Source: Candidatus Bathyarchaeota archaeon (GTDB lineage: Archaea; Thermoproteota; Bathyarchaeia; Bathyarchaeales; Bathyarchaeaceae). Taken from it: a stretch of DNA of 64,000 bases. The DNA is taken from assembly GCA_030608565.1 (NCBI GenBank), contig JAUWDY010000001.1, positions 104,238 through 168,237 of the forward strand, read 5' to 3'. The notes under the pieces are model-generated. The model worked only from the letters and a program-made list of their open reading frames with translations. It did no database searches and was not told where the DNA came from. Both the position numbers and the translations under genes were made by a program. Below, one piece after another: positions 1-8,808 of the stretch. How positions within the stretch are numbered: position 1 is the first letter of the stretch; the number at the start of each line of letters is the position of its first letter.

Positions 1-334
1 TCTCGACCCTTTTCTGCGCCTTTATCCTCTTCAAAGCCTCTTCTCTTCCATAGAGAAGCGTTTGCGCGATAATCTGTTTGGGCTGTCTGACTGCGAAAAA
101 TATGGCTTTACCTGCGAAGTCGTGTTCTATCAGTTTATCAAGCTCTTCAGCTTTGAACCCGTAGAACTTCTTCGTGTAATCTCTCTTCGCAGTCTTTGCC
201 TTTGTCTTCCCATAATGCCTTTGAATCTTTAGCCTGTTCTCTATCGCTATTGCAGTGGTAGCGCCTTTTAACTCTACGTCCATTGAGACCCTTTCGAAAA
301 TCTTATGGAATTCGTAGCGTGAAACACTATCCAT
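1..334 (-). CDS. hypothetical protein, N-terminal part (ORF runs off left window edge)
   Basis: Manual minus-strand translation from ATG at 334-332 gives MDSVSRYEFHKIFERVSMDVELKG...RIKAQKRVE, open to position 1. Its start overlaps the stop of the 327..551 ORF. No family recognised. Confidence 0.4.
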   Translation of the reverse strand, partial: MDSVSRYEFHKIFERVSMDVELKGATTAIAIENRLKIQRHYGKTKAKTAKRDYTKKFYGFKAEELDKLIEHDFAGKAIFFAVRQPKQIIAQTLLYGREEALKRIKAQKRVE

Positions 335-551
335 TTTTATCACCAACGAACTCGTAAATCAAAGTGTATTTTCGGTTGCCATCCAAGACCTCGGTAGCTT
401 CCTTGAGATTAACTACAAAGCGCTGATGCTTAACCACGACACTCAGCACTTTGCCCGATTTGCTGAGAGTTAAGTATCCACAATCGACCCAGGAGCGTTT
501 CTTTTCTGGTGATTGCTGTTTTTCTTTATTCTTCTGCCATGGTTTGCTCAT
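327..551 (-). CDS. hypothetical small protein (74 aa, basic N-terminus)
   Basis: ORF track. Tightly coupled to the neighbouring minus-strand ORFs. No family recognised. Confidence 0.45.
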   Translation of the reverse strand: MSKPWQKNKEKQQSPEKKRSWVDCGYLTLSKSGKVLSVVVKHQRFVVNLKEATEVLDGNRKYTLIYEFVGDKNG

Positions 552-607
552 TCACTATTCCTCCTTTTCCTGCAAACTGAGACATCGATGTCTTAGTTTG
601 CATAATT

Positions 608-1516
608 TCACCCTCTCGCATCAAGCCCTAAAGGCTTGAGGCCCATTTTCCTTCTCACCGTGTTAATTTCTTCCAGCCTTTTCTGCTGTACGTAATCCAT
701 AAAAGGACGTCCACCACTGGTACTGGATATACTGGTACGTATCCCACTGGTTCGTATTCTTTGATTGCAGCCGGGGCACACGTTCATCCGGCCCATGTTC
801 TCTTTTGGAAAGCTTTTTCCACAAACGTCGCAGGCCTTGAACGCATGGTAAGTGCCGCTTATTATTGCCTGAACGTATGATGCTGTTTCTCTGGAGCTCA
901 TGTTCTGAGCTTTCTCAGAAACCCGCGGTATCAAATGCTCTTTCTCTGTTCCTAAAAGCTTGCATATCTCTATGGCATTACTGTATTTCAGTTTCCCTTT
1001 GCCAATGTTCTCTTTAACTGAAGATGGGAGTTCAAGGAGCCTTATGTGCCGTTTAATTGTTTTCAAGTCTTCTCCGGTTGCTTTCGAAACGTCATGCAGC
1101 ACGCTTTTGTGTCCCCGCCCGCCTTTTAGTGCAAAGCTGGACAACGTTGTCCTAGTTTGCATAGTTTCAGCCATTTTCTTCAAATGCCGTGCCTTATCAA
1201 TAGTATTATACCATTCATGAGTCCTGTTAGCCTTATATCCCTCAGCCAGGGCTTGTTCCCTAGGTATGTCTTCCAGTACCACAGGGACAGTGTCCAGTCC
1301 CAAGGATATACACACTTTCAGTCTGTGTATTCCATCAAATACAATGTATCTCTTCCTCTTCAAGTCCCACAGTGCCCTTAATGGATAAGCAGGGTTGTAG
1401 CCGTCAGCTGAAATTACTCTTTTGAGATAATGAAAGCTTGATTGACTGTAGAATTCTCTCTCAAGCTCAGGCATGGGTTCGCATTCTTCAGGGTCCACCA
1501 TTCTTACTTTAGCCAT
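608..1516 (-). CDS. ParB-like N-terminal (ParB/Srx) domain protein with HTH and C-terminal zinc ribbon
   Basis: Carries the ParB/Srx signature FDGIHRLKV. A central ParB-like HTH segment reads VSKATGEDLKTIKRHIRLLELPSSV. The C-terminus has CDVCGK...CPGCNQ. Confidence 0.75.
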   Translation of the reverse strand: MAKVRMVDPEECEPMPELEREFYSQSSFHYLKRVISADGYNPAYPLRALWDLKRKRYIVFDGIHRLKVCISLGLDTVPVVLEDIPREQALAEGYKANRTHEWYNTIDKARHLKKMAETMQTRTTLSSFALKGGRGHKSVLHDVSKATGEDLKTIKRHIRLLELPSSVKENIGKGKLKYSNAIEICKLLGTEKEHLIPRVSEKAQNMSSRETASYVQAIISGTYHAFKACDVCGKSFPKENMGRMNVCPGCNQRIRTSGIRTSISSTSGGRPFMDYVQQKRLEEINTVRRKMGLKPLGLDARG

Positions 1517-1539
1517 TCATTGCCATCTACCCTTCTAGG

Positions 1540-1716
1540 TTATTCCTCCGGGTGTATTCTGGACGGCTTGCGGCCTTTCTTCTTTGCCCAACCCCAATGT
1601 CCATCTCTCTTTACGTAGGTTAGCCCTCTAGCATAGTACCTCTTTCGCCATTCAGCACACCTTTTCCTCTGCCATTCCCGGGTGGCCTTGGGTCTTAGCT
1701 TCTTTTTCTTTCTCAT
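1540..1716 (-). CDS. small highly basic protein (about 58 aa), not in ORF track
   Basis: Manual translation from ATG at 1716-1714 gives MRKKKKLRPKATREWQRKRCAEWRKRYYARGLTYVKRDGHWGWAKKKGRKPSRIHPEE, stop at 1542-1540. It lies directly upstream of the ParB-like gene on the same strand. Confidence 0.35.
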   Translation of the reverse strand: MRKKKKLRPKATREWQRKRCAEWRKRYYARGLTYVKRDGHWGWAKKKGRKPSRIHPEE

Positions 1717-1923
1717 GCTATACCCAGCTATAGGCTGCTATAGCTTTCCATCTAGCATAAGTCGTATAAAAGGATTTGTCTACTATTCTTCTAGAAGTAT
1801 CTTCTACTCATTGAAAATAAGCACTTCCGTGCATCAATGGTTGTATGTTAATGTTAAGATGGTTGTGCTGGTTGTCTGAGTAAACATCTACAACCACCAA
1901 CAACCATTTCCGACCTGAGAACA

Positions 1924-2292
1924 CTAACCTTTCCTTTTTGCACCACAATTAGGGCAGAACAAGGATGTTTGAGGCATTAGGCTTCCACAGTGGCTGCAGG
2001 TTATCATAACAACCTCTTTGGTTATGACTTCTTTCTGAACAATAGAAGCTTCCTTTTTCGCACGATATCTTCGAATCTCTTGAAGACCTAAAGCCATACC
2101 TAGAAGAACAATTCCAATGGTAACTAGATTTACGAAAGGGGTTTTGTGTAGCCCCTCAGGATATGCCCCCACCATGTATCCTTGGACACACATCATGGCC
2201 TGATAAATGTACCACGAACCAACAACTATCAAAGGCAATTGAGCAATGGTTATGTCTACATTTTTCATTTTTTTCCCTCGATTATTCTCCAA
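1924..2292 (-). CDS. membrane protein with C-terminal zinc ribbon
   Basis: Two hydrophobic segments, then CSHCGSLMPQTSLFCPNCG. Confidence 0.55.
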   Translation of the reverse strand: MENNRGKKMKNVDITIAQLPLIVVGSWYIYQAMMCVQGYMVGAYPEGLHKTPFVNLVTIGIVLLGMALGLQEIRRYRAKKEASIVQKEVITKEVVMITCSHCGSLMPQTSLFCPNCGAKRKG

Positions 2293-2433
2293 GTCATCTT
2301 TATTTCAAACATATAATTTATGAATTTGAAAATAGGATTGCCAATATTTCCGAGAGTCGAGAGAGAGTTGGGTATTCTGTTGGTTTTACTCTGGTGTACT
2401 CTTATGGGGTTACACTGGAGTGAAATTCTACCC

Positions 2434-2455
2434 GGTTGGTTGGTTGGTTGGTTGG
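2434..2455. repeat. (GGTT)5GG microsatellite
   Basis: Read directly: ggttggttggttggttggttgg, in an intergenic region. Confidence 0.9.
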
Positions 2456-2535
2456 ATAAAAATTTAATTCCTTCCTTCCAATATCATACATTGCATTTGA
2501 CTAGATCATATTATAATATACCATAATCCTGAAAG

Positions 2536-2549
2536 ATGCATGCATGCAT
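2536..2549. promoter_or_regulatory. ATGCATGCAT-type palindromic motif, copy 1 ((ATGC)3AT)
   Basis: Read directly. Intergenic, upstream of the minus-strand gene 1924..2292. Confidence 0.4.
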
Positions 2550-2623
2550 TAACTTTTTTGAAAAAAAGGAGGATAGAAGGGTTTGTTAAGAGCAGTTGGA
2601 GTGCTGCTTAGCGTTTATGGGAT

Positions 2624-3073
2624 TTAGCCGTTAAGCGCTTTGGTTATTTTGACCGAGGAGCTTCCCCAGAAGATGGCGCCCCCCCATGTCTCACCTACAA
2701 GGCAGCCCGCCATGAAGTGGTTACCTCGTGTGGCATACGCGCTCCAGTCGCACTCTTGCGTGACAAAGTACAATACCATGTCTAGGTCGCCATCGCTATC
2801 GTAGTCCTCCATCGCCCAGCGCAATGGCGAAGCACCTAGAAACCCTACTGTCACAGGGTCAACTGTGGAAGCATCGAAACTGTCAGTTGTCTTTATAGCC
2901 ACTGGCGTGTTTCCCATGGAATTTGGGTTAATGGCATTCGGACAGCTCAGCGGTTTGACGTCGATCGCAATCTCCCCAGTGGGAGCCATGACTGGCACAG
3001 CCAACAGCAACGTTGAAAGCACCAGAAGTGCAATTCCAATTAGTTTTTTCATTCTTCTTTCTCCCTTATCCAA
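2624..3073 (-). CDS. secreted protein with DxDxDG-like calcium-binding motif
   Basis: N-terminal signal/TM segment KKLIGIALLVLSTLLLAVPVMA. Contains the motif DYDSDGDLDMV. Confidence 0.55.
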   Translation of the reverse strand: MDKGERRMKKLIGIALLVLSTLLLAVPVMAPTGEIAIDVKPLSCPNAINPNSMGNTPVAIKTTDSFDASTVDPVTVGFLGASPLRWAMEDYDSDGDLDMVLYFVTQECDWSAYATRGNHFMAGCLVGETWGGAIFWGSSSVKITKALNG

Positions 3074-3126
3074 AAAATATATGCATCATGTAAATAAAGA
3101 CTAATGGAAGTCTATTCTATAGTATA

Positions 3127-3144
3127 ATGCATATATGCATGCAT
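3127..3144. promoter_or_regulatory. ATGCATGCAT-type palindromic motif, copy 2 (ATGCATATATGCATGCAT)
   Basis: Read directly. Sits in the divergent intergenic region between 2624..3073 (-) and 3320..4576 (+). Confidence 0.4.
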
Positions 3145-3319
3145 AGCGGGGAAACGGAATGTGGATAAAATGAGTTTTTAACTCATCTCTGTGTTCACCA
3201 AATACAGAAATCCGTTCGTTAATCTTTTAAGGGAGAACCGCTATCGTGGAGGAGGATGCACATGTATCGTAGAACCTTCCGGAAAACAAAACGGAAACTA
3301 ACCTGTGAGGGTGTAAACA

Positions 3320-4576
3320 TTGAGTCAAAAAGAGGACAAGCCACGTTTCGGCTTCATGACACGCAATTACTTAGTGCTAACCCTCACATCAACACTATGG
3401 GGAATCCCCACAAGCATCTGTAACACCTACTTCTCTCTATACGTCTTCGGACTAGGCGGAACAGAAATAACCATAGGCTTAATCACAGCCCTAGGAAGCA
3501 CCGCTTTTGTCATATCCGCAATCATAGGCGGTCACATAGCTGATCTGTACGGCAGAAAGAAAATAATCAGCATAATGACCATAGTCCTCGGGTTAAGTCA
3601 ATTCCTGGTAGCATTTGCACCCAACTGGCAATTTCTAACCCTCGCCATGATTATAGTAAACATATGCTTCGTATTTGAACCCGCATTCTGGGCGATACTA
3701 GCAGACTCCATAAACGAACAGAAAAGAGGAACAGCCTTCGCACTCTACAGTTGCCTAAGTTTCCTTCCATGGGCCATAATGCCTTCCATCGGCGGCTACT
3801 TAATCGACATTCACGGCATTCTAGCCCCAATGCAGTGGACTTACGTTTGCTTGGCTATAGTAGGCGTAGCTGCTGGAATAATACGATTGTTTATGCTTAC
3901 AGAAACGATTTCTCCCCAGAATAGAAAAGCTGGTGGGCAATATAGCCTTAAAGAATTAGGCAAACTCGTGAAAGATGCTTTCAAAGGACACTTGCAAACG
4001 TGGTCGTGGATGCCCCGCTCGGCTCTTGCCTTAGCAGCTATCTATATTCTATGGGCATTCGAATACGGTTTGGTCGAACCTTACTGGATAGTTTACGCTA
4101 CAAAGGTAATCGGTGTCACATCTACACAATGGGGCATCATCATAGGTTTAGGAAGTGCAATCAGCATTGTATCAAAGATACTCATAGTCGGCAAGCTACT
4201 AGACAAATTCAGCCGAAGAAAAATCTTGTTAGCAACAACAGCCTTAGACATATTCACTTACCTGCTCTTCATACGTTGCGGCATGTACATACAAGTCCTA
4301 ACCCTCTGGATCGCAAGTTCCTTCATATGGTCCTTCTACGAACCCACATATTCATCATTAGAAGCAGACATAATCCCAGAAGAAAGAAGAGGAAGAGTAT
4401 TCGCTGCTTTCGGCGTTGCTTGGTCAGCCTTCAGCGTTCCAGCAAGTCTCCTAGGCGGATTCATTTATGAGCAAGTCAACCCTGAACTATCCTTCATCAT
4501 GGCATCAATTGGCATTATACTATGTTTTATTCTGACCGCACTATTCATCAAACAACCACAACACAATAAAAAGTAA
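3320..4576 (+). CDS. MFS transporter
   Basis: 418 aa with about 12 hydrophobic segments. Loop motif GGHIADLYGRKK is typical of the MFS TM2-3 loop. Confidence 0.8.
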   Translation: MSQKEDKPRFGFMTRNYLVLTLTSTLWGIPTSICNTYFSLYVFGLGGTEITIGLITALGSTAFVISAIIGGHIADLYGRKKIISIMTIVLGLSQFLVAFAPNWQFLTLAMIIVNICFVFEPAFWAILADSINEQKRGTAFALYSCLSFLPWAIMPSIGGYLIDIHGILAPMQWTYVCLAIVGVAAGIIRLFMLTETISPQNRKAGGQYSLKELGKLVKDAFKGHLQTWSWMPRSALALAAIYILWAFEYGLVEPYWIVYATKVIGVTSTQWGIIIGLGSAISIVSKILIVGKLLDKFSRRKILLATTALDIFTYLLFIRCGMYIQVLTLWIASSFIWSFYEPTYSSLEADIIPEERRGRVFAAFGVAWSAFSVPASLLGGFIYEQVNPELSFIMASIGIILCFILTALFIKQPQHNKK

Positions 4577-4627
4577 ATGATGATAAGCACGACTAACGCA
4601 CACACAACTCAGCACGACAAAAAACAC

Positions 4628-5311
4628 TTAACAAATTACTGTCCCAACCTTTTTCCCTTTCACAGCCAACAACACATTTTTTGGTTTAAACCCGTTCACC
4701 ACAACCGTCTTCGTCCTACTCTTCCGAAGAACACGAACAGCCTCAGGATCCAAAATTTGATGTATCCCCGCCTTATGCTTATCCTCATCAAACAATCGAA
4801 ACAAATCGTCAAAACCAAGCCTATCAATCATTTTCGCATCCGGATGCTTCCTCGGATCCTTACCGTATATGCCATCTTGATCCGTGGCCTTCACCAACAA
4901 TTCAGCCTTCACCTTTTCAGCCACCAAAGCCGCCACCGCATCCGTAGTCATACCCGGCTTCAAACCACCCATAACAACAATCTTCCCATGCTTCAAACAC
5001 TCAACAGCCTCATCCAAAGAAACAGGCACAGAACCACAACTCAATTCACCTAAACGCATAACAAACAACAAAGCAACCAAACGGGAAACAAAAATCGCAA
5101 CCCAATCTCTACTCGACTCGTCTAACCCCAGCTCACCCGCAACCCTAATAAAATCACGCGCCAACACGCCGCCACCAACAACCGCAACAACCTCATGCTC
5201 CTGCTTTTTCAAATTCTTCAACAAATCCACATACTTGGCTATAAGCGGAGATTCCACTGGAGAGGCCACCACCGAACCGCCGACACGAACCACAACCCTC
5301 AACGAAACCAC
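4628..5311 (-). CDS. pyrH: uridylate (UMP) kinase, archaeal type
   Basis: 227 aa. Shows amino-acid-kinase-fold motifs VRVGGSVV, VVGGG and VVMGG. Confidence 0.85.
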   Translation of the reverse strand: MVSLRVVVRVGGSVVASPVESPLIAKYVDLLKNLKKQEHEVVAVVGGGVLARDFIRVAGELGLDESSRDWVAIFVSRLVALLFVMRLGELSCGSVPVSLDEAVECLKHGKIVVMGGLKPGMTTDAVAALVAEKVKAELLVKATDQDGIYGKDPRKHPDAKMIDRLGFDDLFRLFDEDKHKAGIHQILDPEAVRVLRKSRTKTVVVNGFKPKNVLLAVKGKKVGTVIC

Positions 5312-5484
5312 CGTACCACCTAATGTTCGTAATAGAGCATAAATAAAACTCTCCCTGCTACTCTCCTATATGTCCCTGTGTCGCCATCTGTACATCTGAG
5401 CACCCGTACTCTAACTCACATAAAACAGAAACAAAAAAATCGTCACAAACCCAAATAACAAGTCCAAATCCCAGAGAGATAAAA

Positions 5485-6330
5485 ATGACCCAGCTCGAAC
5501 TCATCTTCCTAGGAACCGGAGGCGGAAGATTTGTAACCATCACCCAAAAAAGAAGAACCGCTGGAATCCGCATACTCTCCGAAAAACTGAACATACACCT
5601 AGACCCAGGACCCGGTGCTCTTGTACATTCGTTGAACATGGGGTTGAACCCTCAAAAAATCCGAGCAATACTAGTTTCCCACAGTCACCCAGACCACTAC
5701 ACCGACGCAGAAGTTCTCGTCGAAGCCATGACCCAAGGAACGACCAAAAGAAGAGGAATTTTAGCCGCACCCCACAGCGTCCTATTTGGCAATGAAACGT
5801 GTGGACCAGTGGTTTCAAAATATCATCAGCAGATGCCCGAGAACGTGATAGAGTTGAAAACAGGCGTTAATTTCAATATTAGCGACATAAAGATTACAGC
5901 TACTGAGGCTAGACACACGGATCCAGACACCGTGGGGTTTCGACTAGAAAACCGAGATTTCGGAGACATCGCTTACAGCTCTGACACCGAGTTCTTCGAA
6001 GGCGTTGGAAAACAGTACAAAGGGGTTCGACTCCTGTTGTTGTGTGTTATGAGACCTTCTGGAAAGCCTTGGAAAGGACACATGACCACTGATGATGCAA
6101 TCAAAATTGTAGAGGAGGCTGGTCCAGAGATGATTGTGATGACACACTTCGGAATGCAGATGATCTTCAGTGGGCCTTATCGCGAGGCGAAACTAATTGA
6201 ACAAAGAACTGGAGTTCCTACCACAGTGGCTTCGGATGGAATGCGTATAAGCGTGGGTGAGGAAATTCGGGTGCGGAGGATGGAGAGAAAACAGAAAGGT
6301 TTAGACGATTTTGTGAAATCGAGGAAATAA
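5485..6330 (+). CDS. MBL-fold metallo-hydrolase
   Basis: Carries the HxHxDH motif (VSHSHPDHY) and starts with GTGGG. Confidence 0.8.
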   Translation: MTQLELIFLGTGGGRFVTITQKRRTAGIRILSEKLNIHLDPGPGALVHSLNMGLNPQKIRAILVSHSHPDHYTDAEVLVEAMTQGTTKRRGILAAPHSVLFGNETCGPVVSKYHQQMPENVIELKTGVNFNISDIKITATEARHTDPDTVGFRLENRDFGDIAYSSDTEFFEGVGKQYKGVRLLLLCVMRPSGKPWKGHMTTDDAIKIVEEAGPEMIVMTHFGMQMIFSGPYREAKLIEQRTGVPTTVASDGMRISVGEEIRVRRMERKQKGLDDFVKSRK

Positions 6331-6380
6331 AATTTCACGAAGACCCTAGGTAAGGGGACGTCTAATGGTGGGGTGGCTGT

Positions 6381-6896
6381 TTAAAGGTATATGTCTATGA
6401 GTTTTCTTTTGATTAGTATGTAGATGACGATTGCGCTGATTATGAATTCGCCGACGAGGTATGTGCCATTGTATAAGGCTGAGGCAATTGCCCCCTCTAT
6501 GGTAGGAGATGTAAAGAAAAACATGCCAGACAAGAAGGAACAAATGAACCTACCAGCTATTCCGACCCCAACGCCAACTAACGGGTATCTTTTGAAGAAC
6601 CCTGCTAGGCCTAAGGCTGCAAAAGCCACGGGATAATCAAGCAAGCCCTGAACTGGATTAATAACATAGCCACCAAGCGACATGTGAACCAACCCATAGA
6701 TAACCCCAGCAAAAACTCCAAAGCGAAAACCTCTTCTCAGAGTAAACCAAATAAGCGGGACTAAACCCGCGATCGTGATGGACCCTCCTTGAGGAAGATG
6801 GTAGATTGGTGGTAAAACATCCTTCAGAATGATACTTAAAGCGACAATAACTGACAATTCTGTCAGTACTTTGGTTGGAAATCTTCTTTCTTTCAC
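6381..6896 (-). CDS. thiT: ThiT-like thiamine transporter (ECF-type S component)
   Basis: 171 aa with about 6 TM segments and a GTG start at 6896. A TPP riboswitch lies directly upstream. Confidence 0.75.
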   Translation of the reverse strand: MKERRFPTKVLTELSVIVALSIILKDVLPPIYHLPQGGSITIAGLVPLIWFTLRRGFRFGVFAGVIYGLVHMSLGGYVINPVQGLLDYPVAFAALGLAGFFKRYPLVGVGVGIAGRFICSFLSGMFFFTSPTIEGAIASALYNGTYLVGEFIISAIVIYILIKRKLIDIYL

Positions 6897-6899
6897 ATT

Positions 6900-6995
6900 T
6901 TTTCCCTCCGCCAGTATTATCTGGATCAGGTTCTAAGGGTCGACGGCGCGTTTTGCCGTCCTCTCAGCTGGGTCTTGCCCCTAGCTCCCCTCTTT
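6900..6995 (-). promoter_or_regulatory. TPP (THI-box) riboswitch
   Basis: The minus strand reads GGGGCAAGACCCAGCTGAGAGGACGG...GTCGACCCTTAGAACCTGATCCAGATAATACTGGCGGAGGGAA. This matches the conserved CUGAGA and ACCUGAUCUGGAUAAUGCCAGCG...GGGAA cores. It ends at the thiT start. Confidence 0.85.
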
Positions 6996-7164
6996 TCTGA
7001 CAGATGTTGTGTGAGTGACTAGTTGTGTTTATAATTGTTGCGGTTTAGTGCGCGTGTACGTGAGGGTGTCTACCCCTAGTCTATGCAATTCAATTAAGCC
7101 TCTAATACGACTAGTTGTTTTGGAAAGGATTAATAAGAAAGATGCGAAAGTTTCGTTGAAAAGA

Positions 7165-7269
7165 GCGGCGGTAGCGAAGCCAGGTCAAACGCGGAGGACT
7201 CAAGATCATGGTTGATGAGCTATCCTCTCCTGTAGGGGTTCGCCGGTTCGAATCCGGCCCGCCGCACCA
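7165..7269 (+). tRNA. tRNA-Leu(CAA) with 17-nt canonical intron (7205..7221), CCA encoded
   Basis: Folded by hand. Acceptor GCGGCGG/CCGCCGC, D arm GCG-13nt-CGC, anticodon stem GAGGA/TCCTC, loop CTCAAG|intron|A. BHB: central helix CTCA/TGAG flanked by 3-nt bulges AGA and CTA. Also has a long variable arm, T arm GCCGG-TTCGAAT-CCGGC and A73. Confidence 0.9.
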
Positions 7270-7313
7270 AGCTTCGTTAAATATAAACCCACGAATCAGG
7301 TCGGAGGGATACC

Positions 7314-8000
7314 ATGAACAAATGTCTACAGATCATGAAGAAAATGATGAAGGACGCCTCGCTGTACATGGACTTGATCGAGACGGAGAATAGTGAAATC
7401 CGAGTTTGCGTGGAACTTTCCGACACAGGTGAATCCGCAACATTAGTTCTGGGAGAAGAAAATAAGGTTCTTGAAGGCTCTGTGAAACCTGACGGTAAGA
7501 TAGTGATGAAGAGAAGAGTGCTGGAAAGTATTGCTCAAGGAAAGGCAGACGCCTTCGCGCTTGCGGGTAGAGGCAGAGCAGATGAGGTGAGACCCATAGA
7601 ATTCGAAATCTACACTAAAGAACGCTCAAAAGAGATTTGGGAAACAGGAAAAGCACTCCTAACCTATTTCTTTACTCCCGGAAAAATCAAAGTCAAGAAT
7701 CTCAATCTCGAACTAGCTGGTTATGCTCATGGAGCTCACCCAATTCCGTTGGTATATTGGAATGGAATACGTTACAGCTGGATTCTTGTTAAACGCGGAG
7801 AGATTCTAAACAAGAAAAAAGAGAAAGACCCGTGGCCTCAGAGCTTTATCATTCTGGAGGGAAAAGGAAAAGCAATTGTGGGAGAGGAAACATTCGAAAT
7901 AAAGCCTGAAACCGTGATATACATTCCAAGAAATAGTATACATCAAATAATTGCCGAAGAAGACGTAAAAATGATTTGGCTAGCTTGGCAAGCTTGGTAG
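7314..8000 (+). CDS. SCP2-like / cupin two-domain protein
   Basis: The N-terminal half resembles an SCP2 sterol-carrier fold (RRVLESIAQGKADAFALAGRGRA). The C-terminus is a cupin barrel (GEETFEIKPETVIYIPRNSIHQI). The last codons run into tRNA-derived sequence. Confidence 0.6.
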   Translation: MNKCLQIMKKMMKDASLYMDLIETENSEIRVCVELSDTGESATLVLGEENKVLEGSVKPDGKIVMKRRVLESIAQGKADAFALAGRGRADEVRPIEFEIYTKERSKEIWETGKALLTYFFTPGKIKVKNLNLELAGYAHGAHPIPLVYWNGIRYSWILVKRGEILNKKKEKDPWPQSFIILEGKGKAIVGEETFEIKPETVIYIPRNSIHQIIAEEDVKMIWLAWQAW

Positions 8001-8008
8001 CTAATAGT

Positions 8009-8067
8009 AAGAACTCAAGATTCGTCCCAAATGGGGCATGTGGGTTCGAATCCCAGCCGTCGCGCCA
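8009..8067 (+). pseudogene. orphan tRNA-Leu-like 3' fragment (anticodon loop to CCA), no 5' acceptor strand
   Basis: Contains loop CTCAAGA (8014-8020), a CCC-AAAT-GGG variable-arm hairpin, TGGG-TTCGAAT-CCCA, then CCGTCGC-G-CCA. No complementary 5' strand (GCGACGG) was found in about 700 nt upstream. Confidence 0.4.
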
Positions 8068-8079
8068 TAAAATAATGTC

Positions 8080-8805
8080 TCAGAGTTTCTTCGAAACTAT
8101 TTCTTCCACGCTTTGCGCGAACTCGGTTTCCAATAGCTTCTTTACGTCTCCCATCGAGTCCTCAAGCTTATAGTCGAAGTTTATCCCCCCCAAAAAAGGT
8201 GCGGCAAGTCTTTCAACCTGCTCTCGGATGAACGGTGAATCTCTCATCTTCATGTTCTCGACGACGCCTACGATGGGCACCTTCAAGTCCTTTAACAGTT
8301 GTATCAATTTTCTGACGGTTTCAAACGCTACCTTAGAAGGAGTTGTCACAATAAGAAAGTTGATTCCATTGACGAATCTGATCATGTCCAAGGTCGCGTC
8401 TCCAATGCCCGGAGGCATATCAATAACCAGAAAATCCAGTGAGCCCCACTGAGTAATAGCGAATAGCTCTATTATCGCGTTGGAGATGTCAACACCTCTC
8501 AGTGGTGAAGGTTCGTCACGAGCATAGTAAACAATCGACATGTATCTTAGGCCGTGAGCTTCAGGCGGGATAATCCCTTTCTCCTCCTTCGGAAATAGCC
8601 CCTCAATGCTCAGTATTACGTGTGTGGAGGGACAGGAGAAATCTAGGTCAAGCAACCCCACTTTGTAACCTCTTCTCGACAGAGCGAGTGCCAAAGTGGA
8701 TGCGATCATGCTCTTGCCCACGCCTCCTTTGCCGCTGGAGACCGCTATTATCTTCCCTATTTTTGAGAGTCGTTCATTGATGATGTTTAGTCTGGGGTCA
8801 ACCAT
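8080..8805 (-). CDS. Mrp/NBP35 (MinD-family) P-loop ATPase, possible ATPase-type HypB partner of HypA
   Basis: Deviant Walker A motif SSGKGGVGKS. Lies immediately downstream of hypA on the same strand. Confidence 0.85.
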   Translation of the reverse strand: MVDPRLNIINERLSKIGKIIAVSSGKGGVGKSMIASTLALALSRRGYKVGLLDLDFSCPSTHVILSIEGLFPKEEKGIIPPEAHGLRYMSIVYYARDEPSPLRGVDISNAIIELFAITQWGSLDFLVIDMPPGIGDATLDMIRFVNGINFLIVTTPSKVAFETVRKLIQLLKDLKVPIVGVVENMKMRDSPFIREQVERLAAPFLGGINFDYKLEDSMGDVKKLLETEFAQSVEEIVSKKL

Positions 8806-8808
8806 AGA

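Noticed and set aside
4577-5342. Two long plus-strand ORFs (158 and 152 aa) over the pyrH locus.
   Set aside because: Both are antisense to a clear UMP kinase. Their composition is Thr/Pro/His-rich low complexity.
7190-8030. Direct-repeat att sites formed by the shared ACTCAAGAT in tRNA-Leu and the downstream fragment.
   Set aside because: Only 9 nt are identical and the flanking stems differ. That is too short and too divergent for a bona fide duplicated attachment core, so it is kept only as a low-probability scenario in the findings.
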